Source: Macrostomum hystrix
Lineage: Eukaryota; Animalia; Platyhelminthes
NCBI GenBank assembly: GCA_950097015.1
Contig: CATNEN010000030.1
Span: forward strand, 1,116,001-1,180,000
Reading direction: 5' to 3'
Length of the DNA stretch: 64,000 bases
This document shows, in pieces, positions 46,685 to 58,501 of the stretch. The notes under the pieces were generated by a model. The model was not told the DNA's origin and made no database searches. It was given only the letters and a program-made list of their open reading frames with translations. The position numbers and the translations under genes are program-made. How positions within the stretch are numbered: position 1 is the stretch's first letter; every line of letters starts with the position of its first letter.

Positions 46685-49600
46685 TCCCTCTCCTCCATCA
46701 CAATCTCCCCTCTGTCTTTTCTCTCTCCTCCTTCACCATCTCCCCTCTGTCTTTTTTCTCTCCTCCTTCACCATCTCCCCTCTGTCTTTTTTCTCTCCTC
46801 CTTCACCATCTCCCCTCTGTCTTTTTTCTCTCCTCCTTCACCATCTCCCCTCTGTCTTTTCTCTCTCCTCCTTCACCATCTCCCCCCTGTCTTTTCTCTC
46901 TCCTCCTTCACCATCTCCCCTCTGTCTTTTCTCTCTCCTCCTTCACCATCTCCCCTCTGTCTTTTCTCTCTCCTCCTTCACCATCTCCCCTCTGTCTTTT
47001 CTCTCTCCTCCATCACCATCTCCCCTCTGTCTTTTCTCTCTCCTCCATCACCATCTCCCCTCTGTCTTTTCTCTCTCCTCCTTCACCATCTCCCCCCTGT
47101 CTTTTCTCTCTCCTCCATCACCATCTCCCCTCTGTCTTTTCTCTCTCCTCCATCACCATCTCCCCTCTGTCTTTTCTCTCTCCTCATTCACCATCTCCCC
47201 TCTGTCTTTTCTCTCTCCTCATTCACCATCTCCCCTCTGTCTTTTTTCTCTCCTCCATCACCATCTCCCCTCTGTCTTTTCTCTCTCCTCCATCACCATC
47301 TCCCCTCTGTCTTTTCTCTCTCCTCATTCACCATCTCCCCCCTGTCTTTTCTCTCTCCTCCTTCACCATCTCTCCTCTGTCTTTTTTCTCTCCTCCTTCA
47401 CCATCTCCCCTCTGTCTTTTCTCTCTCCTCCTTCACCATCTCCCCTCTCTCTTTTCTCTCTCCTCCTTCACCATCTCCCCTCTCTCTTTTCTCTCTCCTC
47501 CTTCACCATCTCCCCTCTGTCTTTTCTCTCTCCTCCATCACCATCTCCCCTCTCTCTTTTCTCTCTCCTCCTTCACCATCTCCCCTCTGTCTTTTCTCTC
47601 TCCTCCATCACCATCTCCCCTCTGTCTTTTCTCTCTCCTCCTTCACCATCTCCCCCCTGTCTTTTCTCTCTCCTCATTCACCATCTCCCCCCTGTCTTTT
47701 CTCTCTCCTCATTCACCATCTCCCCTCTGTCTTTTCTCTCTCCTCATTCACCATCTCCCCCCTGTCTTTTCTCTCTCCTCCATCACCATCTCCCCTCTGT
47801 CTTTTCTCTCTCCTCCTTCACCATCTCCCCTCTCTCTTTTCTCTCTCCTCCTTCACCATCTCCCCTCTCTCTTTTCTCTCTCCTCCTTCACCATCTCCCC
47901 TCTGTCTTTTCTCTCTCCTCCATCACCATCTCCCCTCTGTCTTTTCTCTCTCCTCATTCACCATCTTCCCCCTGTCTTTTCTCTCTCCTCCTTCCCCATC
48001 TCCCCTCTGTCTTTTCTCTCTCCTCCTTCACCATCTCCCCTCTGTCTTTTCTCTCTCCTCCATCACCATCTCCCCTCTGTCTTTTCTCTCTCCTCCTTCA
48101 CCATCTCCCCTCTGTCTTTTCTCTCTCCTCCTTCACCATCTCCCCTCTGTCTTTTCTCTCTCCTCCTTCACCATCTCCCCTCTCTCTTTTCTCTCTCCTC
48201 CTTCACCATCTCCCCTCTCTCTTTTCTCTCTCCTCCTTCACCATCTCCCCTCTGTCTTTTCTCTCTCCTCATTCACCATCTTCCCCCTGTCTTTTCTCTC
48301 TCCTCCTTCCCCATCTCCCCTCTGTCTTTTCTCTCTCCTCCTTCACCATCTCCCCTCTGTCTTTTCTCTCTCCTCCATCACCATCTCCCCTCTGTCTTTT
48401 CTCTCTCCTCCTTCACCATCTCCCCTCTGTCTTTTCTCTCTCCTCCTTCACCATCTCCCCTCTGTCTTTTCTCTCTCCTCCTTCACCATCTCCCCTCTCT
48501 CTTTTCTCTCTCCTCCTTCACCATCTCCCCTCTGTCTTTTCTCTCTCCTCCATCACCATCTCCCCTCTCTCTTTTCTCTCTCCTCCTTCACCATCTCCCC
48601 TCTGTCTTTTCTCTCTCCTCCATCACCATCTCCCTCTGTCTTTTCTCTCTCCTCCTTCACCATCTCCCCCCTGTCTTTTCTCTCTCCTCATTCACCATCT
48701 CCCCCCTGTCTTTTCTCTCTCCTCATTCACCATCTCCCCTCTGTCTTTTCTCTCTCCTCATTCACCATCTCCCCCCTGTCTTTTCTCTCTCCTCCATCAC
48801 CATCTCCCCTCTGTCTTTTCTCTCTCCTCCTTCACCATCTCCCCTCTCTCTTTTCTCTCTCCTCCTTCACCATCTCCCCTCTCTCTTTTCTCTCTCCTCC
48901 TTCACCATCTCCCCTCTGTCTTTTCTCTCTCCTCCATCACCATCTCCCCTCTGTCTTTTCTCTCTCCTCATTCACCATCTTCCCCCTGTCTTTTCTCTCT
49001 CCTCCTTCCCCATCTCCCCTCTGTCTTTTCTCTCTCCTCCTTCACCATCTCCCCTCTGTCTTTTCTCTCTCCTCCATCACCATCTCCCCTCTGTCTTTTC
49101 TCTCTCCTCCTTCACCATCTCCCCTCTGTCTTTTCTCTCTCCTCCTTCACCATCTCCCCTCTGTCTTTTCTCTCTCCTCCTTCACCATCTCCCCTCTCTC
49201 TTTTCTCTCTCCTCCTTCACCATCTCCCCTCTCTCTTTTCTCTCTCCTCCTTCACCATCTCCCCTCTCTCTTTTCTCTCTCCTCCTTCACCATCTCCCCT
49301 CTCTCTTTTCTCTCTCCTCCTTCACCATCTCCCCTCTGTCTTTTCTCTCTCCTCCATCACCATCTCCCCTCTCTCTTTTCTCTCTCCTCCTTCACCATCT
49401 CCCCTCTGTCTTTTCTCTCTCCTCCATCACCATCTCCCCTCTGTCTTTTCTCTCTCCTCCTTCACCATCTCCCCCCTGTCTTTTCTCTCTCCTCATTCAC
49501 CATCTCCCCCCTGTCTTTTCTCTCTCCTCATTCACCATCTCCCCTCTGTCTTTTCTCTCTCCTCATTCACCATCTCCCCCCTGTCTTTTCTCTCTCCTCC

Positions 49601-51610
49601 ATCACCATCTCCCCTCTGTCTTTTCTCTCTCCTCCTTCACCATCTCCCCTCTCTCTTTTCTCTCTCCTCCTTCACCATCTCCCCTCTCTCTTTTCTCTCT
49701 CCTCCTTCACCATCTCCCCTCTGTCTTTTCTCTCTCCTCCATCACCATCTCCCCTCTGTCTTTTCTCTCTCCTCATTCACCATCTTCCCCCTGTCTTTTC
49801 TCTCTCCTCCTTCCCCATCTCCCCTCTGTCTTTTCTCTCTCCTCCTTCACCATCTCCCCTCTGTCTTTTCTCTCTCCTCCATCACCATCTCCCCTCTGTC
49901 TTTTCTCTCTCCTCCTTCACCATCTCCCCTCTGTCTTTTCTCTCTCCTCCTTCACCATCTCCCCTCTGTCTTTTCTCTCTCCTCCATCACCATCTCCCCT
50001 CTGTCTTTTCTCTCTCCTCCATCACCATCTCCCCTCTGTCTTTTCTCTCTCCTCCTTCACCATCTCCCCCCTGTCTTTTCTCTCTCCTCCATCACCATCT
50101 CCCCTCTGTCTTTTCTCTCTCCTCCATCACCATCTCCCCTCTGTCTTTTCTCTCTCCTCATTCACCATCTCCCCTCTGTCTTTTCTCTCTCCTCATTCAC
50201 CATCTCCCCTCTGTCTTTTTTCTCTCCTCCATCACCATCTCCCCTCTGTCTTTTCTCTCTCCTCCATCACCATCTCCCCTCTGTCTTTTCTCTCTCCTCA
50301 TTCACCATCTCCCCCCTGTCTTTTCTCTCTCCTCCTTCACCATCTCCCCTCTCTCTTTTCTCTCTCCTCATTCACCATCTCCCCTCTGTCTTTTTTCTCT
50401 CCTCCATCACCATCTCCCCTCTGTCTTTTCTCTCTCCTCCATCACCATCTCCCCTCTGTCTTTTCTCTCTCCTCATTCACCATCTCCCCCCTGTCTTTTC
50501 TCTCTCCTCCTTCACCATCTCCCCTCTCTCTTTTCTCTCTCCTCATTCACCATCTCCCCTCTGTCTTTTCTCTCTCCTCCTTCACCATCTCCCCTCTGTC
50601 TTTTCTCTCTCCTCCTTCACCATCTCCCCTCTCTCTTTTCTCTCTCCTCCTTCACCATCTCCCCTCTCTCTTTTCTCTCTCCTCCTTCACCATCTCCCCT
50701 CTGTCTTTTCTCTCTCCTCCATCACCATCTCCCCTCTCTCTTTTCTCTCTCCTCCTTCACCATCTCCCCTCTGTCTTTTCTCTCTCCTCCATCACCATCT
50801 CCCCTCTGTCTTTTCTCTCTCCTCCTTCACCATCTCCCCCCTGTCTTTTCTCTCTCCTCCTTCACCATCTCCCCCCTGTCTTTTCTCTCTCCTCCTTCAC
50901 CATCTCCCCTCTGTCTTTTCTCTCTCCTCCTTCACCATCTCCCCTCTGTCTTTTCTCTCTCCTCCTTCACCATCTCCCCTCTCTCTTTTCTCTCTCCTCC
51001 TTCACCATCTCCCCTCTGTCTTTTCTCTCTCCTCCTTCACCATCTCCCCTCTGTCTTTTCTCTCTCCTCCATCACCATCTCCCCTCTGTCTTTTCTCTCT
51101 CCTCATTCACCATCTTCCCCCTGTCTTTTCTCTCTCCTCCTTCACCATCTCCCCTCTGTCTTTTCTCTCTCCTCCATCACCATCTCCCCTCTGTCTTTTC
51201 TCTCTCCTCCATCACCATCTCCCCTCTGTCTTTTCTCTCTCCTCCTTCACCATCTCCCCTCTGTCTTTTCTCTCTCCTCCATCACCATCTCCCCTCTGTC
51301 TTTTCTCTCTCCTCATTCACCATCTCCCCTCTGTCTTTTCTCTCTCCTCCATCACCATCTCCCCTCTGTCTTTTCTCTCTCCTCATTCACCATCTCCCCC
51401 CTGTCTTTTCTCTCTCCTCCTTCACCATCTCCCCTCTCTCTTTTCTCTCTCCTCCTTCACCATCTCCCCTCTCTCTTTTCTCTCTCCTCCTTCACCATCT
51501 CCCCTCTGTCTTTTTTCTCTCCTCCCACCTTCTCTTAACTTTCTCCCCTCTTTATTTTTCCTCCTTCCCTCACTATCTACCATCTCTCCTCCTTCACTAT
51601 CTCCCATCTC
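46685..51610. repeat. 35-bp polypyrimidine/polypurine satellite (CCATCTCCCCTCTGTCTTTTCTCTCTCCTCCTTCA), ~140 copies, ~4.9 kb
   Basis: Read directly from the sequence; the + strand is ~90% pyrimidine. Confidence 0.95.
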
Positions 51611-52011
51611 TGTTCCCTCAATATCTCATTGTTTTGTTGATTCTCTTGCTGCCAAGTTTTAATCACCAATCGGTTTTACTACCTTAAATTTAATACTTTT
51701 TTCCTTGTCGTCTTCTTGCGTTGGATTTTGGAAAGCATTGTTGTGTATTTTAGAAATTGTATGCTTTTTATGTCAGCAAAATGCTACTCAGTTTTTTTAC
51801 CGGAGTTGAATTGCTCCTGAAACGGTTATTGTTTAAAACCAGGACTAAAATAAATGCCGCAAAACCTTTCGCTTTAAAAAAATTGTCTAACATTGTTGAT
51901 CCAGTGAGTCAAGCCCCTAGCGGCAATGGGTAAATTCAGGTAGTCGTAAAAGGCTTATACGGCGGTAAACAACTGCCAGAGGGAGTATAAGAAGCAAACT
52001 GAGAATAACCA

Positions 52012-52750
52012 AGCTAGGATTTAGCTAGGAGCTAGGACTTAGCTAGGAGCTAGGATTTAGCTAGGAGCTAGGATTTAGATAGGAGCTAGGATTTAGCTAG
52101 GAGCTAGGACTTAGCTAGGAGCTAGGATTTAGCTAGGAGCTAGGATTTAGCTAGGAGCTAGGATTTAGATAGGAGCTAGGATTTAGCTAGGAGCTAGGAT
52201 TTAGCTAGGAGCTAGGATTTAGCTAGGAGCTAGGATTTAGATAGGAGCTAGGAGCAAGCTAGCTATGAGCTAGGGGCAAGCTAGCTAGGAGCTAGAAGCA
52301 AGCTAGGAGCTAGGGGCAAGCTAGCTAGGAGCTAGGAGCAAGCTAGGAGCTAGGAGCAAGCTAGCTAGGAGCTAGGAGCAAGCAAGCTAGGAGCTAGGAG
52401 CAAGCTAGGAGCTAGGGGCAAGCTAGCTAGGAGCTAGGAGCAAGCTAGCTAGGAGCTAGGAGCAAGCTAGGAGCTAGGGGCAAGCTAGCTAGGAGCTAGG
52501 AGCAAGCTAGCTAGGAGCTAGGAGCAAGCTAGGAGCTAGGGGCAAGCTAGCTAGGAGCTAGGAGCAAGCTAGCTAGGAGCTAGGAGCAAGCTAGGAGCTA
52601 GGAGCAAGCAAGCTAGGAGCTAGGAGCAAGCTAGGAGCTAGGGGCAAGCAAGCTAGGAGCTAGGAGCAAGCTAGGAGCTAGGAGCGAGCTAGGAGCGAGC
52701 TAGGAGCGAGCTAGGAGCGAGCTAGGAGCGAGCTAGGAGCAAGCTAGGAG
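52012..52750. repeat. Low-complexity AGCTAGG-based repeat array with graded unit change
   Basis: 18-bp AGCTAGGATTTAGCTAGG units change to AGCTAGG/AGCA mixtures and then to 11-bp AGCGAGCTAGG units. Confidence 0.9.
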
Positions 52751-54575
52751 CAAATGGTTGCTGGGACTGGCTGTTGGGACTGGTTGATGGGACTATCCGT
52801 CTCGATAAAAGAAAAATCGACGATATGACTTAAAAGGTCTTTTAGGAGCAACTTCAGAAAAAAATAAATAATTGGAAAATCTTTGTGATTTTGATCCGCG
52901 ATTAGGGGCGATGATTTCCCTTGATACTGAGCTGAATTTCTTGCCACAATGTTCTGCTGCAAACTGACTTAATGAGCAATGAAAGAACTTTGTACAGCAA
53001 TCGGAAAGGAGATATATTAATTTTAGAACATGCGGAGACTTTTTTTAACCGTTTAAGAAATTTTAATGGTAGAACTACCAAGGGAGAATTCCCCCATACC
53101 ATTTTTTTACTGCACCCAAACGGAGCAGCGTAAGCAAACAAGAATCAAGTCGCCAGCAGCAGTAGTAGGAGTTAGCAGAACCCTGCCGACACTGCGGAGA
53201 TAGGAGGCTATCTCGCCAGTGTATTTTGGAGTGTGGAGGGGCGCCGAACAGAGGAGGAGGATGATAGGAAGAAAGAATTGGGGTGGGGTGGGTGTGGCGT
53301 CCAATCCGAGACTGGAGGGTGGGGAGGCATGGGGTGGGTGGGTGCCTTTAGCCGGTTCTACTGTATTAAGAGCTAGTAGTGGTCACCGACCTTTATCTTG
53401 ACGGAGTTACACGGAGACGGACGGCGAGGGTGTCCTGTGGTTGAGCTTCGCCCAATATTGAGACAAACCAAAAAGTCTGATCAAGGTCGGTGACCACGGA
53501 AGTGGCAGATGATGCAGGCACATTCGGGTGATGAACTGATCAAGTTTGACATAGGATGCATGAAATAAACTAGCTCTTTTATTAAGTAAACTCAGACCTT
53601 CGGCCAGAACCGTTGAATATCTCGACTGAGTTTATTCAGTACTTGGCCGTATAAGACCAACTATGCAGAATTGAATCAGATTAAAAAAATATCTAATCAC
53701 AGCTTCTCTGCTTAGTGCAGCTCCGGCTCTTCCCAGACGAATATGGTTCGCTACGTCTTCAAAACGCAAGCGGCACTTTCTTGGAAAATAGCTCGTAGAA
53801 GAGATGGCGAAAGAAGCATGGATAGGAAATTGTTTTCCTTCATGTATGGCAAGAAATCCCAGATGCTTTTTCTATTCTATGGCTAACATTTTAGAACCAC
53901 GAAGAACCATTAACCAGAGAAATGCGAAATTCAATTCAATTAGTTAAATGACGCGTTTCGCACGACAACGTGCATCTTCAGGTTTATTTAAAACAAAAGT
54001 GAACGAGTAGAGATTGCGAGTAAAAAAATTTTAAACACTTTTTTGGGCTTTTAGGGTTGTTAGGGTTGTAGCCAACTGTACATGGTGTACAGCCAGTACC
54101 CCTCCCTCAGAATACACGGAGAACATTGCCCGTGCCATGTGTTGGAGTTGAGTGTTGAGGTTGGGGGTATGAGCTTTAATGTTCCAGTCTTCAGAAATCT
54201 GCAATTTTGGAGCACGGCTTTGAAGCGAACTTCTGGTTTGCAGTTGGAGCAACTATTGCATTCTAAGAGATGGTTTTGGATAGCCCACGGTTTCAGCCAG
54301 AGCTCCCTGATTCTAGTGTACAGGTGCCTTTCAGTTTCCGTAGGAGACGCTCTGATCCTCAGAGCAGTTGAAGTGAAAAGTGGCACCAGCACGAAACGCT
54401 AACTTTAGCAAAACGAAAGACAACACGAATGTTGCGATTAAGCGAGTCACGGAATAATTTGCAGATTTTGTTTTGAAAAATTCCGAAGGATAACCGACGA
54501 AAGGGAGGCCAAGAGTTGGTTCGTTGTGATACATGAGGTCAGATTTAACAGTAGCCTGTTTGACTAGTGTTTCAG

Positions 54576-55511
54576 TGCTGGACCCACTCCCAACACTGTG
54601 GCAAGAGCTCAAGCGTTTTCCAAAACGAAATGCTCGCCATCAGTCTCTGTGCGGCTGAACTGCGCCAGAGGCAGCTGACTGGACGGAGGATCTTTTTTCA
54701 CTCCGACAGTCAAGCAGCTCTCAAGGCCTTCAGCCGCTGCACCTCTCGCTCCAGAACCACCTTGGACTGCCACACCCAGTTAAACGGATTGGCACAGTCT
54801 AACAAGGTGGAGCTGATGTGGATCCCTAGGCACGCCGGGTTCACAGGGAATGAGATGGCGGACCAGCTTGCTAAGGCTGGCGCAGCCAGCTCCCTGCGCA
54901 GGGCCCGGAGGCCCCGATCCCCGCTTCTGTGGTCAACTCCAACATCAACCGCTGGATGGAGACCCAGCACCGGAGGAGGTGGTCTAGCACCCTGAACTGT
55001 CGCCAGTCCAGGGCTGCAGTGCCAACCCCCTCTAGTAACCTGCGTAAAGCCTTGCTCAGGCTAAATCGCAGAGACCTGAGAGCAGTCACCATGTCCCTCT
55101 CGGGACATGGCTGCTTCAACAGACACCGCTACCTCCAAGGCCACGTGCCTGAGGAAACGTGTCCCTTCTGCTGCTTCGGACGTGAAAACGCCGAGCATTT
55201 CATCTGCCACTGCCCGGCCTTCACCCGGGCTAGGCTTAAACATCTCGGGCCGGCGCCGACCCTAGTCGAAGCCTGCTCGCCCGAGAGCATTCCACAGCTC
55301 GCCCACTTCCTTCGGGATACCGGCCGAGCTGATTTCTTCCCAGCCTATGGCGAGGAGGATCGCGCGGCGGGATCGACCGACGGACCACCCTGAGCGGCAC
55401 CGCCTCGCTGGAGGCCGTCTGGCTGCCAGGGGTTAGCGATATGGGCGGCATCGGCCGCCTCCTCGCTGCGTCCGTCATGGAGGCTCCCTGCCGCTAAGTC
55501 AAGCCAAGTCA
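54576..55511 (+). mobile_element. 5'-truncated non-LTR retrotransposon (I/R1-group-like) with RNase H and C-terminal zinc knuckle
   Basis: RNase H motifs FQNEMLAI, HSDSQAAL, WIPRHAGFTGNEMADQLAK; C-terminal CPFC...ENAEHFICHCP; (AAGTC)n-like tail; 10-bp TSD AGTGTTTCAG at 54566-54575 and 55512-55521; one frameshift near 54900. Confidence 0.9.
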
Positions 55512-56248
55512 AGTGTTTCAGAGACGAATTTGTTCATGTGGTTCCAAACGAAAGCGCTTGGATAACCATTTTTTTAAACATGTTGGTCAAAAGGTTGAAA
55601 CTTTTCATGGCAAACTGCAAATCAAAGATTTTTACCTTTGATGGGTTTTTTCTTACTGCCAGCCGATCGCCGGAGGACATTACGGTGCCATAACGAGACC
55701 ATCTAAATGAAGATAAAGCGTTTTTAGCGCCACAGATACGCAAAGGACAAGTTTTTTAAGTTCCGGAATCTGCTGGACAACTACTGAGCGAAAATATTTT
55801 AGTGCCAAGGCGACATTTTCTCATAGAAGCAAGAGAGATAGAAACTGTAGCTTGCTCTGCCGAACCAACAACGAAGAGTGCAGCAAAACAATAATACTAA
55901 TATAATGCGATAACAGCACAGTGCCTGCTTATTCCACGCATGCTTATGATTAACAGACGCCCCGATAATGCAACACTGACGGGGAGGGGACGACTTTCCT
56001 GTCAATTTTCAGCTCATACTTCTGGCTCAGAGAAGCGACCTACGAGCTACTCCTGGATGACATCCCGCTTGCCTGGACTGGGATTCGACAGCAGATCAGC
56101 AGCAGCAAAGCAAAGAAGCTCACTTAAAACTAGAAAAGCAGGAAAGTGAAAAAAGCTACCTCTCGAAATTGTTCCAACTAGTGGACTGACTACCGAACTG
56201 TTTATATGTCTGCAGATTGATCGAATGCCCACATCTCAACCATTTCAT

Positions 56249-57974
56249 TTGAGGTGACAGCACACTCCAGTCCACACTTGAGGTGACAACACACTCCTGT
56301 CCACACTTGAGGTGACAACACACTCCAGTCCACACCTGAGGTGACAACACACTCCAGTCCACACTTCAGGTGACAACACACTCCAGTCCACACTTGAGGT
56401 GACAACACACTCCAGTCCACACCTGAGGTGACAACACACTCCAATCCCTACTTGAGGTGACAACACACTCCAGTCCACACCTGAGGTGACAACACACTCC
56501 AGTCCACACTTGAGGTGACAACACACTCCTGTCCACACTTGAGGTGACAACACACTCCAGTCCACACTTGAGGTGACAACACACTCCTGTCCACACCTGA
56601 GGTGACAACACACTCCAGTCCACACTTCAGGTGACAACACATTCCAGTCCACACTTGAGGTGACAACACACTCCAGTCCACACCTGAGGTGACAACACAC
56701 TCCAATCCCTACTTGAGGTGACAACACACTCCAGTCCACACTTGAGGTGACAACACACTCCAGTCCACACCTGAGGTGACAACACACTCCTGTCCACACC
56801 TGAGGTGACAACACACTCCAATCCCTACTTGAGGTTACAACACACTCCAATCCGTACTTGAGGTGACAACACACTCCAGTCCACACTTGAGGTGACAACA
56901 CACTCCAGTCCACACTTGAGGTGACAACACACTCCAGTCCACACCTGAGGTGACAACACACTCCAGTCCACACTTCAGGTGACAACACATTCCTGTCCAC
57001 ACTTGAGGTGACAACACACTCCAGTCCACACCTGAGGTGACAACACACTCCAGTCCACACTTCAGGTGACAACACATTCCTGTCCACACTTGAGGTGACA
57101 ACACACTCCAGTCCACACCTGAGGTGACAACACACTCCAATCCCTACTTGAGGTGACAACACACTCCAGTCCACACTTGAGGTGACAATACACTCCAGTC
57201 CACACCTGAGGTGACAACACACTCCTGTCCACACCTGAGGTGACAACACACTCCAATCCCTACTTGAGGTTACAACACACTCCAATCCCTACTTGAGGTG
57301 ACAACACACTCCAGTCCACACATGAGGTGACAACACACTCCAATCCGTACTTGAGGTGACAACACACTCCTGTCCACACCTGAGGTGACAACACACTCCA
57401 ATCCGTACTTGAGGTGACAACACACTCCAGTCCACACTTGAGGTGACAACACACTCCAGTCCACACCTGAGGTGACAAGACACTCCTGTCCACACCTGAG
57501 GTGACAACACACTCCAATCCGTACTTGAGGTGACAACACACTCCTGTCCACACCTGAGGTGACAACACACTCCTGTCCACACCTGAGGTGACAACACACT
57601 CCTGTCCACACCTGAGGTGACAACACACTCCAATCCCTACTTGAGGTTACAACACACTCCAATCCCTACTTGAGGTGACAACACACTCCAATCCCTACTT
57701 GAGGTGACAACACACTCCTGTCCACACCAGAGGTGACAACACACTCCAATCCCTACTTTAGGTTACAACACACTCCAATCCGTACTTGAGGTGACAACAC
57801 ACTCCAGTCCACACATGAGGTGACAACACACTCCAGTCCACACATGAGGTGACAACACACTCCAATCCGTACTTGAGGTGACAACACAGTCCTGTCCACA
57901 CCTGAGGTGACAACACATTCCTGTCCACACCTGAGGTGACAACACACTCCTGTCCACACCTGAGGTGACAACAC
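56249..57974. repeat. 29-bp tandem repeat (TTGAGGTGACAACACACTCCAGTCCACAC), ~59 copies
   Basis: Read directly from the sequence; contiguous units with no spacers. Confidence 0.95.
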
Positions 57975-58381
57975 AAATTTCTATGCTCGCATTAGCTGAT
58001 AGCTCAAATTCCAATCGGCGCATGTGTTGAAGACGCATGCACAGATTTGAGATATTTAATCAGCTGGTTCTGACTCTCTTTGCCAGAGATAATCCTAATA
58101 CTCCAATCAGATTGCTTCAATCGCCTGGGCAACAGACCCATTGGATTCTAGACCGGCCGGCCAATTAGCGGAAAAGTCTGCCGTTGCCAGCAGCTTTGCT
58201 CCCTCCCTCCCCAAGCACTTCTATACTTTACTGCTCCTCTTGCAGTCGATCTTGTTGGATGCAGTTGAGCTTGGCTTGTTGTTGTGTCGAGTGGTCTGAG
58301 AAATTCAAGGATTTCTAGGAATTCATGAGCCTGACGACAAAGATTTATCAGTAGAAACAGAGCTTCACTTAAACAGTCGCC

Positions 58382-58453
58382 ATGACCTCAGAGGAGGATG
58401 GTGACGAGATATCGGCAGCTTATCGAACTCTGCTTGATACTCAGCAGCAGCAG

Positions 58454-58501
<48 letters not shown>

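Noticed and set aside
52012-52750. Telomeric repeat
   Set aside because: It contains TAGG/TTTAG words but no TTAGGG or TTAGG tandem array
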